Origin: a virus
Taxonomy: Duplodnaviria; Caudoviricetes
IMG/VR virus record: IMGVR_UViG_3300006921_003544
Coordinates: 1 to 62,289 of that record
Length of the DNA stretch: 62,289 nucleotides
Reading direction: 5' to 3' (one strand)
Under the pieces are notes generated by a model, which had not been told where the DNA came from, did no database searches, and saw only the letters and a list, made by a program, of their open reading frames with translations. Positions 38,572-49,005 of the stretch are shown one piece after another (the stretch's first letter is position 1; the number at the start of each line of letters is the position of its first letter). Position numbers and translations under genes: made by a program.

Positions 38572-39025
38572 AGATCATATAATATTTGTTGCAGGAACAA
38601 TTTGTAGTGGAAAAACTTATGAAGCTAGATTATTAGCAGAGGATTTAGATTATGATCTCATAGAAATCTCAGATATAGTTAGAGGAATACTAGATACAAA
38701 TAAACGAGACAAACTGCAAGGACATCCAGAACTATCTACACAAATCATTTACCAAATTGGAGAACTCAGACGGACTACGAGGAAGAAAGGGGTGGTAATA
38801 AGTGGACCGAGACAAGTAGAGATCGTATCAGCATATCCAGAAGCAGAAATGATTTGGATGAATACATCTTTAGATATGTGTTTTGAACGATTTTGTAGTA
38901 GAGGAGATTCAAAGGATACTGAATTTGATCGAAATACGTTTGAAGAATATCTACTTAAAGATGATGAATTAGGATTACAAGAAGTTAAACAATATATGGA
39001 AAAGAAAAAATATGAAAAAAACTAA
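38564..39025 (+). CDS. P-loop nucleoside monophosphate kinase-like protein
   Basis: AGTICSGKT P-loop, ISDIVR, ISGPR, ERFCSRG lid-type motif. Confidence 0.7.
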   Translation: MYRDHIIFVAGTICSGKTYEARLLAEDLDYDLIEISDIVRGILDTNKRDKLQGHPELSTQIIYQIGELRRTTRKKGVVISGPRQVEIVSAYPEAEMIWMNTSLDMCFERFCSRGDSKDTEFDRNTFEEYLLKDDELGLQEVKQYMEKKKYEKN

Positions 39026-39857
39026 ATTTGGTTATATAGCTCCGGTAGAGTATTTAGACCTTATACCGGAAGATGCTGATTTTCACTTGATATTAGCACA
39101 TTTACTAAAAGACAAACAATATGCAGCTTACTATAGAGAGAAAGCTGATAGAGGCGATACTATTATTTGTGATAATGGTGCATTTGAATTCAAAAAGAGT
39201 TTAGATCCAGAACCACTTATGAAATTGATATCTGATAGCGGTGTGAAGCCAACTTATGTGGTAGCGCCAGATTATCCATTTGAACCGTGGAGCGTAACAT
39301 ATGATTCAACGGTCAATTTTATTGAAATGGCTAAAGGTGAAGACTATGAGATAATGGCAGTGCCTCAATCAGAGACGGGAAATTATAAAGGATGGTTGGA
39401 ATGTTATAAACGATTAGCAGAACTTCCTGAAGTTAAGGTTATGGGAATGTCTATATTAGGAATTCCTAACGCATTTTGCGGATTAACTGGAACCAAAGAT
39501 ATATCAGCTAATAGAATATTTGCAACTGCTTATATGTGTAGAGAAGGATTAGTTTCTCAAAGAAAAGATCTTTCACATCATTATTTAGGATTAGGAGATG
39601 GTCCAAGAGAATTGATTACTCAAAGAGCCTTAGGTGTAATGGATACCAATGATAGCTCATCACCGTTCTGGCACGCAATCAATGGTGTATTGTTAGATGA
39701 TAGTACAACTGGATTAGTTGGAGGAAAATCGGAATTAGAAGTTGACTTCCACATAGAGAAGGCAGCAAAGAAATTTAGTATTGATAATAAGCAGATGTCG
39801 GTAGAAAAAATGATCAAGTATAATATCGAATGGATGCGTAATATATTGGAGAAGTAG
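39012..39857 (+). CDS. Divergent TGT-fold guanine transglycosylase (DpdA-like)
   Basis: TGT-type motif series ICDNGAFE, APD, AVPQ, HHYLG, DTNDSS; context is a 7-deazaguanine operon. Confidence 0.6.
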   Translation: MKKTKFGYIAPVEYLDLIPEDADFHLILAHLLKDKQYAAYYREKADRGDTIICDNGAFEFKKSLDPEPLMKLISDSGVKPTYVVAPDYPFEPWSVTYDSTVNFIEMAKGEDYEIMAVPQSETGNYKGWLECYKRLAELPEVKVMGMSILGIPNAFCGLTGTKDISANRIFATAYMCREGLVSQRKDLSHHYLGLGDGPRELITQRALGVMDTNDSSSPFWHAINGVLLDDSTTGLVGGKSELEVDFHIEKAAKKFSIDNKQMSVEKMIKYNIEWMRNILEK

Positions 39858-39858
39858 T

Positions 39859-40014
39859 ATGGAACAACCAGATGCAAAGAAACATCAACAGATTAGTTTT
39901 GTTAAATCGGGTATTAGAATATTAGGGTATATCTTTATACCATTTAATGTAGATGTTGCAGTAACACTATTAGTAGTATCAGAAGCAGTAGGAATATTAG
40001 AAGAATTAGTTTAG
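39859..40014 (+). CDS. Small hydrophobic protein (51 aa, absent from the ORF track)
   Basis: Hand translation MEQPDAKKHQQISFVKSGIRILGYIFIPFNVDVAVTLLVVSEAVGILEELV; GGAG RBS; fills the gap before polB. Confidence 0.65.
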   Translation: MEQPDAKKHQQISFVKSGIRILGYIFIPFNVDVAVTLLVVSEAVGILEELV

Positions 40015-40017
40015 GTC

Positions 40018-42531
40018 ATGTATCAAAATATTTATGTAGATTATAAAACTCGTACGGTTCATATATGGGATGATCAATTAGGTCATGTTAAGAATCCGTT
40101 AAGTAAGTATCGATATGCTTATCTCAAAGATCCGAGAGGTCAGAGAAAAGCTATCGATGGTAAGACTGTACGAGTTGTTAAACGATGGTCAGAAGAAGAC
40201 GAACGATCGGGTAAACTATATGAATATGATGTTCCAATGGAAACTAAAGCGTTGATTCACGAATATGGAGATTCGGATTTTCCTTCAACAAATCATAGAG
40301 AAGTATTTTTTGATATTGAAACTGAAATACTACAAGGATTTCCAGATTGGAGAGATCCAATTAACAAGATCACAGCAATAGCTTGGTATGAGCGTTCAAT
40401 AGATAAGTATGGTGTATTCGTATTGGATGAAAAAGACCGTGTCAAAAGTGTATCAAAGGATAATTGTGAAGTTATCATTTGTAAGACTGAAGGAGAACTC
40501 TTATATAAATTCTTAGAAAAATATATTGAATTGGATCCAACTATTCTCACAGGATGGAATATTGAGGGGTTTGATGTACCATATCTTTATAATAGAATAA
40601 AAACTGTACTCGGTGATGATTATGCAAATTCGTTAAGTCCTATAGGAAAAGTTAATTATAGAGAACATTTAGATCGTTATTATATAGAGGGAGTTTCATG
40701 TTTAGATTATCTACCATTGTATCGAAAATATACTATCGGTGAACGATCTTCGTATAGATTAGATGCAATAGGACAGACTGAAGTAGGATTGGGTAAGATT
40801 GAATATGAAGGAACATTAGATGATTTGTTTGAGAAAGATATTGATAAATATATTGAATACAACTTAAATGACGTTGAAATTGTAAAACGGTTGGACGACA
40901 AATTAAAGTTCTTAGATCTAACAAGAGCTATATGCCATAAAGGTCATGTACGATATGAATACATCCATATTACATCTAACTATCTAGAGGGAGCGATTCT
41001 CACTTATTGTAATAGATTGGGAATTGTAACTAAAAATAAACCAGAAAAAAGAAAAAGAGAAGGTAAATTCTCAGGAGCATTTGTCAAGGTTCCTAATCCT
41101 GGCAGATATGATTGGATATATGATTTAGACTTAACATCGCTATATCCATCCATCATTATGTCGCTCAACATAAGTCCAGAAACAAAAATGGGTAAAGTGG
41201 TTGATTGGGATCAAGATGCATTCAATAAAAACAAAGATAGGAATTTTACAGTACAACTCGGTAAAACAAACAAGAAAATGCATATGACCGAATATAAAAA
41301 ATTCGTAGAGGAAAAGAATTATTCAGTATCAGCAAACGGAGTTATGTTTGATAAGTCGCGACCTGGATTAGTGCCATCTATTCTGAATGCATGGTTTCAA
41401 GAAAGAGTCGAGTATAAGAATCTAAGGAAAAGATATGAATCTGAAGGAGATACAGTTAAAGCTGAATTCTACGATCAAAAGCAGTACACTCAAAAGATAC
41501 TGCTTAATTCAATGTATGGTGTATTAGGATTGGCATCTTTTAGATTCTTTGACTTAGACAATGCAGAAGCTGTAACAACAACTGGACAGACGGTTATCAA
41601 GACTACAGCAAAGATAGGTGATCAATATTATAGCAAAGAGTTAGGAAAAGAAAAAGAACATTGTATCTACACAGATACAGATTCAGTATTCTTCTCAGCT
41701 CTTCCATTAGTTAAAAAACGGTATCCAAACATTGATGTGTTTGATGATAAAGTGATGTCTGAAAAGATTCTCATCATAGCAAAAGATGTACAAGATCATA
41801 TCAATACGACTTATGATGTAATGGCAAAGAAATTGTTTAATATCAACGATCATAGATTTGACATAAAGCAAGAAACCATTGCAAAAGCAGGTATATGGAT
41901 TGCTAAGAAAAGATATGCTCAATGGATAATTAACGTTGAAGGACATCCCGTTGATAAATTAGATGTAAAAGGTATTGATGTTGTAAGATCGAATTTTCCA
42001 GCAGCTCTTAGGACCTTTATGGCGGGAGTGTTGCAAGATATTTTACAAAACAAGACAAAAGATTATATAGACAATAAAGTGTTAGACTTCAGACAAGAGA
42101 TAGAAACGCTTCCTATATTAGATGTAGCAAAACCAACTGGTGTAAAAAATATTGAAAAATATACATTAGAGTATGATGGGTCGACTCGCACAGCAACACG
42201 CAAAGGATGTCCAGCTCATGTTAAGGCTGCTATATCATATAACGATATGATTACAGCTTTGAAGCAAACCCATCTTGGAGAGATTAGAGAGAAAGAAAAG
42301 ATCAAATGGGTGTATCTCAAACCAAATCCATATGGATATGATAGTTTGGCATTGAAAGGTTATGATGATCCGATTGAAATAGTTGAGTATATAGAAAAAT
42401 ATATTGATTATAATAAACACTTTCAATCAGATTTGGAAAATAAATTATTGGCTTTTTACACTGCATTACAGTGGGGTAAATTACCAGCTAAAAATACGAA
42501 AATGATTCAAAAATTCTTCGATTTTAGTTAA
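40018..42531 (+). CDS. Family B DNA polymerase (T4 gp43-like)
   Basis: Exo motifs FDIET, GWNIEGFD, YNLND; pol motifs DLTSLYPS, KILLNSMYG, YTDTDS, KKRY. Confidence 0.97.
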   Translation: MYQNIYVDYKTRTVHIWDDQLGHVKNPLSKYRYAYLKDPRGQRKAIDGKTVRVVKRWSEEDERSGKLYEYDVPMETKALIHEYGDSDFPSTNHREVFFDIETEILQGFPDWRDPINKITAIAWYERSIDKYGVFVLDEKDRVKSVSKDNCEVIICKTEGELLYKFLEKYIELDPTILTGWNIEGFDVPYLYNRIKTVLGDDYANSLSPIGKVNYREHLDRYYIEGVSCLDYLPLYRKYTIGERSSYRLDAIGQTEVGLGKIEYEGTLDDLFEKDIDKYIEYNLNDVEIVKRLDDKLKFLDLTRAICHKGHVRYEYIHITSNYLEGAILTYCNRLGIVTKNKPEKRKREGKFSGAFVKVPNPGRYDWIYDLDLTSLYPSIIMSLNISPETKMGKVVDWDQDAFNKNKDRNFTVQLGKTNKKMHMTEYKKFVEEKNYSVSANGVMFDKSRPGLVPSILNAWFQERVEYKNLRKRYESEGDTVKAEFYDQKQYTQKILLNSMYGVLGLASFRFFDLDNAEAVTTTGQTVIKTTAKIGDQYYSKELGKEKEHCIYTDTDSVFFSALPLVKKRYPNIDVFDDKVMSEKILIIAKDVQDHINTTYDVMAKKLFNINDHRFDIKQETIAKAGIWIAKKRYAQWIINVEGHPVDKLDVKGIDVVRSNFPAALRTFMAGVLQDILQNKTKDYIDNKVLDFRQEIETLPILDVAKPTGVKNIEKYTLEYDGSTRTATRKGCPAHVKAAISYNDMITALKQTHLGEIREKEKIKWVYLKPNPYGYDSLALKGYDDPIEIVEYIEKYIDYNKHFQSDLENKLLAFYTALQWGKLPAKNTKMIQKFFDFS

Positions 42532-42568
42532 CTTAATATATACTTATATATAGAAAATAAAGGTTATT

Positions 42569-43300
42569 ATGGACAAACAAAAATTAAATGGTTTTATAGA
42601 CAAATACTCATTAGGAGGTGGTGTCGAATCTGTAAAGTGGAATGTATCTAAAGAAGCGATGCAGACAAACTTTATATCAGATGATAAAACATTACTAGGT
42701 AATGTTAAATACAAGGGCATTGGATTCACGGAAGGTGATTATTGTATATACACAACCTCACAACTCAAAAAACTTATTAGCGTACTAGATACAGATATTA
42801 ACGTGTTAGTTAATCATCAAGAAGGACGCTCCTACTCTATAGGAATGACTGATAATACTACGATGTTAGAGTATATCTTATCAGAAGAAGCCATAATTCC
42901 AAAAGCTCCAAAGCTAAAACAAATACCAGAATTCACTGCAACAATTGTAATAGATGGCAACTTTGTATCTAGGTTTATTAGATCCAAAGCTGCATTATCA
43001 GATGAGACAAACTTTACGGTAGTAGCAGATGATCTTGGAGATAAGTTGCAAGTAATCATAGGACATTCAGATTCTATGGCAACTAATAAGATTATATTTG
43101 ACGTGCAAAACGCAAACACTGAAGTACCAGATTTAGAGCATATCTCATTCTCAGCTGATCATATGAAAGAAATATTATTAGCCAATCGAGATATGACTTC
43201 TGGTTTGATGGAAGTTAGTCCGGATGGATTAGCAAAAATAACAATAGAAGGACCAGATTTCAAATCTGTATATTATTTAGTACAAACGCAAAACAATTAA
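42569..43300 (+). CDS. Sliding clamp (T4 gp45/PCNA-like)
   Basis: 243 aa directly after polB; beta-rich with a C-terminal SVYYLV; clamp loader nearby. Confidence 0.7.
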   Translation: MDKQKLNGFIDKYSLGGGVESVKWNVSKEAMQTNFISDDKTLLGNVKYKGIGFTEGDYCIYTTSQLKKLISVLDTDINVLVNHQEGRSYSIGMTDNTTMLEYILSEEAIIPKAPKLKQIPEFTATIVIDGNFVSRFIRSKAALSDETNFTVVADDLGDKLQVIIGHSDSMATNKIIFDVQNANTEVPDLEHISFSADHMKEILLANRDMTSGLMEVSPDGLAKITIEGPDFKSVYYLVQTQNN

Positions 43301-43312
43301 AGGAGAGTAGTT

Positions 43313-45266
<1,954 letters not shown>

Positions 45267-45274
45267 AGATAATT

Positions 45275-45508
45275 ATGGAAATATATGTAAACGCAATAGT
45301 AAAAAAATGTGAAGCGGATAGAGCAATAGCAGTAGCTAATCTGAACACTTATCTAAAAAGTCCAGTAGGTGTCGGAGAGCATCCGAATATCGTAGGAGAA
45401 GTAGAAAAGTTGTTAGGAGATATAGCAACGGCTGATGGAAAATTAGAAGCGTTAAAATCGCTTATTAGTTCAAATCCTCCAGCTGATAATGTTGCAGAAT
45501 CCAAATAA
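45275..45508 (+). CDS. Small hypothetical protein
   Basis: 77-aa helical ORF containing PVGVGEHP. Confidence 0.6.
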   Translation: MEIYVNAIVKKCEADRAIAVANLNTYLKSPVGVGEHPNIVGEVEKLLGDIATADGKLEALKSLISSNPPADNVAESK

Positions 45509-45520
45509 TTTTCGTATATT
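45491..45520 (+). promoter_or_regulatory. Early/middle promoter GTTGCA-N13-TTTCGTATATT; predicted +1 falls at the clamp-loader ATG
   Basis: TATATT ends at 45520, ATG is at 45527, and there is no RBS between them. Confidence 0.7.
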
Positions 45521-45526
45521 GTATAT

Positions 45527-46438
45527 ATGAATATAGAAAATACACTTTGGGTAGAGAAGTATCGACCTGATACTTTAGATGGATACATCGGATCAGAAGC
45601 TGTGGTTTCAAAGGTTCAGTCATATTTAGCAAGTGGGGATATTCCTCATTTGCTATTATATGGCAAAGCTGGAACTGGAAAAACTACATTAGGTAAGATT
45701 GTTGTTAATAATATCGACTGTGATCATATGTACATAAATGCATCTGATGAAAATAATGTTGATACAGTTAGAACTAAGATTAGAGATTTTGCAAGTTCAA
45801 TGGGATTCAATCCATTGAAAGTCATCATATTGGATGAAGCAGATTATCTAACTCCTAATGCTCAAGCAGCATTGAGAAATCTAATGGAGACGTTTTCAAA
45901 AACAACTAGATTCATTCTAACGTGTAATTATGTTGAAAAGATTATTGATCCGATCCAAAGTAGATGTCAAGTATTTGGAATAACTCCACCATCTAAAAAA
46001 GATGTTGCAATGAGATTGAAGGATATATGCACTCAAGAGAATATAGAGGAAGGCTTTGCACCAGCGATAGTGCAGATAGTTAATACAACATATCCAGATA
46101 TTCGTAGAGGTATAAACGCATTACAAAGACAGATTGTAGATGGAAAATTAGTTATAGATGAGATATCAATGCTCCAAGCTGATTGGATGAATGATTTATT
46201 AAAATCTATGCAAGCCAATGAAAGTATATCAAAAATGAGACAAATTGTTGTAGATAGTAAATCTACAGACTTCACAGATGTATATAGATTCTTATATGAT
46301 AATATGGATGAATACACAACTCAAACAGCTGAAGCTATAATGTATATAGCAGAAGCACAATATAAAGATGTTATGGTAGTTGATAAGGAAATCAACATTA
46401 TGGCATTATTAGTAAAACTAAAGGAGACGTTAAAATGA
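45527..46438 (+). CDS. Clamp loader large subunit (T4 gp44/RFC small-like AAA+)
   Basis: WVEKYRP, GKAGTGKTT, NASDE, LDEAD, QAALR, SRC. Confidence 0.95.
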   Translation: MNIENTLWVEKYRPDTLDGYIGSEAVVSKVQSYLASGDIPHLLLYGKAGTGKTTLGKIVVNNIDCDHMYINASDENNVDTVRTKIRDFASSMGFNPLKVIILDEADYLTPNAQAALRNLMETFSKTTRFILTCNYVEKIIDPIQSRCQVFGITPPSKKDVAMRLKDICTQENIEEGFAPAIVQIVNTTYPDIRRGINALQRQIVDGKLVIDEISMLQADWMNDLLKSMQANESISKMRQIVVDSKSTDFTDVYRFLYDNMDEYTTQTAEAIMYIAEAQYKDVMVVDKEINIMALLVKLKETLK

Positions 46439-46707
46439 AAGTAGTAAATAACCGAGGGAAAAGTAGAAGCAACCCACAACCAGAACAACCAGCACTAAAC
46501 ATCAATCCTGATGATTTAGAAGATGTTGTATGTGAGCAGTGTAAGAATCCAACATTTGTACCAGCATCACTATTCAAAAAACTGCCAGCATCGTTATCAC
46601 CATCAGGGAAAGCAACATTGGTACCTATTCAAGTATTCGAATGCTCAGCTTGTAAATGGGTAAACGAAGAATTTGTACCGAAGATGCCATCTAAAGAAAA
46701 TGAGTAA
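46435..46707 (+). CDS. Small Zn-ribbon protein
   Basis: CEQC and CSAC pairs; ATGA overlap with the upstream gene. Confidence 0.65.
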   Translation: MKVVNNRGKSRSNPQPEQPALNINPDDLEDVVCEQCKNPTFVPASLFKKLPASLSPSGKATLVPIQVFECSACKWVNEEFVPKMPSKENE

Positions 46708-47143
46708 AAGTATAATTGAGCATATCAACAACATAACTGTAAATAAGCTACCAGCAGATAATTACTCAGAGAGTGATTGGAAATCCTGGAGCTCATTTAT
46801 GGTCAGTAGATGGCTCTCTATGAACTCGGGATTATTAGAGTTAGTAAACGAAGTACAATCGCTAAATCTAACAGATAAGAAGCAGTTGTATAAATTATAC
46901 TCAAATATACTTCCTAAGAAAAAAATGTTTAGTAAGTACATAAAAGCTAAGAAGACTGACAAATATCATCCAGAACTAATTACATATCTATCTAAACATT
47001 TTGAGGTAGGAAAAACTGAAATAAAATCATACTTATCGTTGCTTTTTCGAGAAAAAAGGGGGATATTGTATATTGAAAATATACTCAAAACTTACGGAGT
47101 AGATAATAAACAAATTAAAAAGCTGATAAAGATAAAGAAATGA
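46700..47143 (+). CDS. Clamp loader small subunit (T4 gp62-like)
   Basis: FMVSRWLSM...VNE...LPKKKMFSKYIK; close to the gp44-like gene. Confidence 0.65.
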   Translation: MSKSIIEHINNITVNKLPADNYSESDWKSWSSFMVSRWLSMNSGLLELVNEVQSLNLTDKKQLYKLYSNILPKKKMFSKYIKAKKTDKYHPELITYLSKHFEVGKTEIKSYLSLLFREKRGILYIENILKTYGVDNKQIKKLIKIKK

Positions 47144-47478
47144 CTAATAGTAGACAAGAGCTCCAAGCTCAATATCCAGGAATAGCGAAAGCATATGAAA
47201 GAATTCAACTTGAGCAATATGAATTATTTGCAAAAAAGATGATGGACTATGGTAAAGGTAATATATCTGTAGGATCTAATTTAGAAACCGATCAAGAAGT
47301 TCATGTAGCGTTAACTGGTTTATGGTTCAGAATGAATGATAAGATTCAACGACTAAAACAATTAGTCCTACTAAAGAAAGAAGCTAGAGTAGAATCAGAA
47401 TCTATAAAAGATACGTTTCAAGATTTATCTATATATGGAATAATATCACAAATGGTAAGCAATGGCGACTGGAAATAA
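47140..47478 (+). CDS. DUF1599 / nucleotide-modification-associated domain 1 protein
   Basis: KMMDYG, RMNDKIQRL, ESIKDTFQDLSIYGII. Confidence 0.7.
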   Translation: MTNSRQELQAQYPGIAKAYERIQLEQYELFAKKMMDYGKGNISVGSNLETDQEVHVALTGLWFRMNDKIQRLKQLVLLKKEARVESESIKDTFQDLSIYGIISQMVSNGDWK

Positions 47479-48358
47479 AATATCATATTCACAGTATACT
47501 CAATATGCTAATTGTCCACGTCAGTGGAAGCTTAATTATGTAGATAAATTATCAGAGTATACTCAATCTATACATACGTTATTTGGAACAGCATTTCATA
47601 ATACATTGCAAGCGTATCTAACTATCATGTATAATGAATCTGCAGTATCAGCTAATAAGGAGGATTGGAATACTATACTTAAAAATTTCATGGCAAAGGA
47701 ATACAAAAAAGCTTGTGCAATGGGACAAGATCCAAAGTTTACCAATGCAGCAGATATGGGTGAATTCTACGAACATGGAATCTTGATATTAGATCATGTA
47801 ATAAAGAACCGAGGCACATATTTCCAAAAGAAAAATCACGAGCTAATAGGTGTAGAAGTACCATTACTTGTTCCCATGGAAGCTAATAAAAATATAAAGT
47901 TTAGAGGGTATATCGATCTTATTATTAAAGATACTAGAGACAATACGTATAAAATTATTGATATAAAAACATCCACTATGGGATGGAATAAATATCAAAA
48001 AGCGGATAAAACCAAAACTGCTCAATTGGTATTGTATAAATCTTATTATGCAAAACAATTTAATGTACCGGTAGAAAATATTAGAATAGAATACTTTATT
48101 GTTAAACGTAAACTTTATGAAAATCTCGACTTTCCACAAAAGAGAGTACAAATATTTAATCCTGCATCTGGAAAGCCTACTATGAATAAAGTAAATGGAT
48201 CGGTAGATGAGTTCATTCGAACGGCTTTTAATGAAGATGGCTCGTATAATACAGACCGTAAGTATCCAGCAATTAAAGGTAAGAATAATAAGAATTGTAA
48301 GTATTGCGACTTCAAGACGAGACCAGACTTATGTCCTTCATCGGAGAGATTAGTATAA
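47462..48358 (+). CDS. PD-(D/E)XK exonuclease (RecB/Cas4-like, probable Fe-S cluster)
   Basis: SYS..CP, GTAFH, GYIDL, IIDIKT, QLVLY, C-terminal CKYC...C. Confidence 0.85.
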   Translation: MATGNKISYSQYTQYANCPRQWKLNYVDKLSEYTQSIHTLFGTAFHNTLQAYLTIMYNESAVSANKEDWNTILKNFMAKEYKKACAMGQDPKFTNAADMGEFYEHGILILDHVIKNRGTYFQKKNHELIGVEVPLLVPMEANKNIKFRGYIDLIIKDTRDNTYKIIDIKTSTMGWNKYQKADKTKTAQLVLYKSYYAKQFNVPVENIRIEYFIVKRKLYENLDFPQKRVQIFNPASGKPTMNKVNGSVDEFIRTAFNEDGSYNTDRKYPAIKGKNNKNCKYCDFKTRPDLCPSSERLV

Positions 48359-48756
48359 TGAAGGTTGGTATAGTGGGTAGTCGTAATTACGAAAACAAGC
48401 GCAAGATAAAAGAATGTATTTTCAAGTTAAAAAATAAATATGGATCTTTATTAGTAGCGTCGGGTGGGTGTAGGCAAGGAGCGGATAAGTATGCTAAAAA
48501 ATATGCATTAGAATTAGGATGTGAATATTTAGAATTTAATCCATCACATACTCCGAAAAACTTATACTCAGCATTACATGAAAACTACTATAATAAGACT
48601 TATAATCCAGGAAACTTTTTTACGAGAAATACTATGTTAGCAAAATATTGTGATGTTATGATAGCATTTATCCCAAATGGAGAAGATGCTAAAGGAACCA
48701 ATCATACCATTAAAGAAGCAAAGAAATATAATAAAAAAGTTGTGATAATTAGTTAG
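48358..48756 (+). CDS. SLOG/YspA-like nucleotide-binding protein
   Basis: IVGSR, SGGC.GAD, RN..LA..CD..IAF, GT.HTI; TAATG coupling. Confidence 0.75.
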   Translation: MKVGIVGSRNYENKRKIKECIFKLKNKYGSLLVASGGCRQGADKYAKKYALELGCEYLEFNPSHTPKNLYSALHENYYNKTYNPGNFFTRNTMLAKYCDVMIAFIPNGEDAKGTNHTIKEAKKYNKKVVIIS

Positions 48757-48799
48757 TTTTGTCCAACTCGTATATATGTATATATAAAGGGAGAAAGTT

Positions 48800-48988
48800 A
48801 TGATGGAAGAAATAAGACTCACGTCAGTTAAAATCAAAGAAGGACTGCGTAAAGATTTCAAAAAAACTTGTCTAGAAACAGATATAAATTTACAAAAATT
48901 AGTAAATAGATCGATATATTTATATGTCAATGATCAAGGGTTTAGAAAAAAAATAAACAAAGTAGACGTCTTAGGACGTAATTTATAG
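48800..48988 (+). CDS. Small ribbon-helix-helix-like protein
   Basis: LTSVKI strand followed by two helices (INLQKLVNRSIYLY); GGAG RBS. Confidence 0.55.
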   Translation: MMEEIRLTSVKIKEGLRKDFKKTCLETDINLQKLVNRSIYLYVNDQGFRKKINKVDVLGRNL

Positions 48989-49005
48989 AAAATTGAGGTT
49001 ATATT

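Noticed and set aside
47462-48358. Cas4-like nuclease as evidence of a CRISPR system
   Set aside because: No repeat-spacer array or other cas genes were seen; solo nucleases of this type are common in phages
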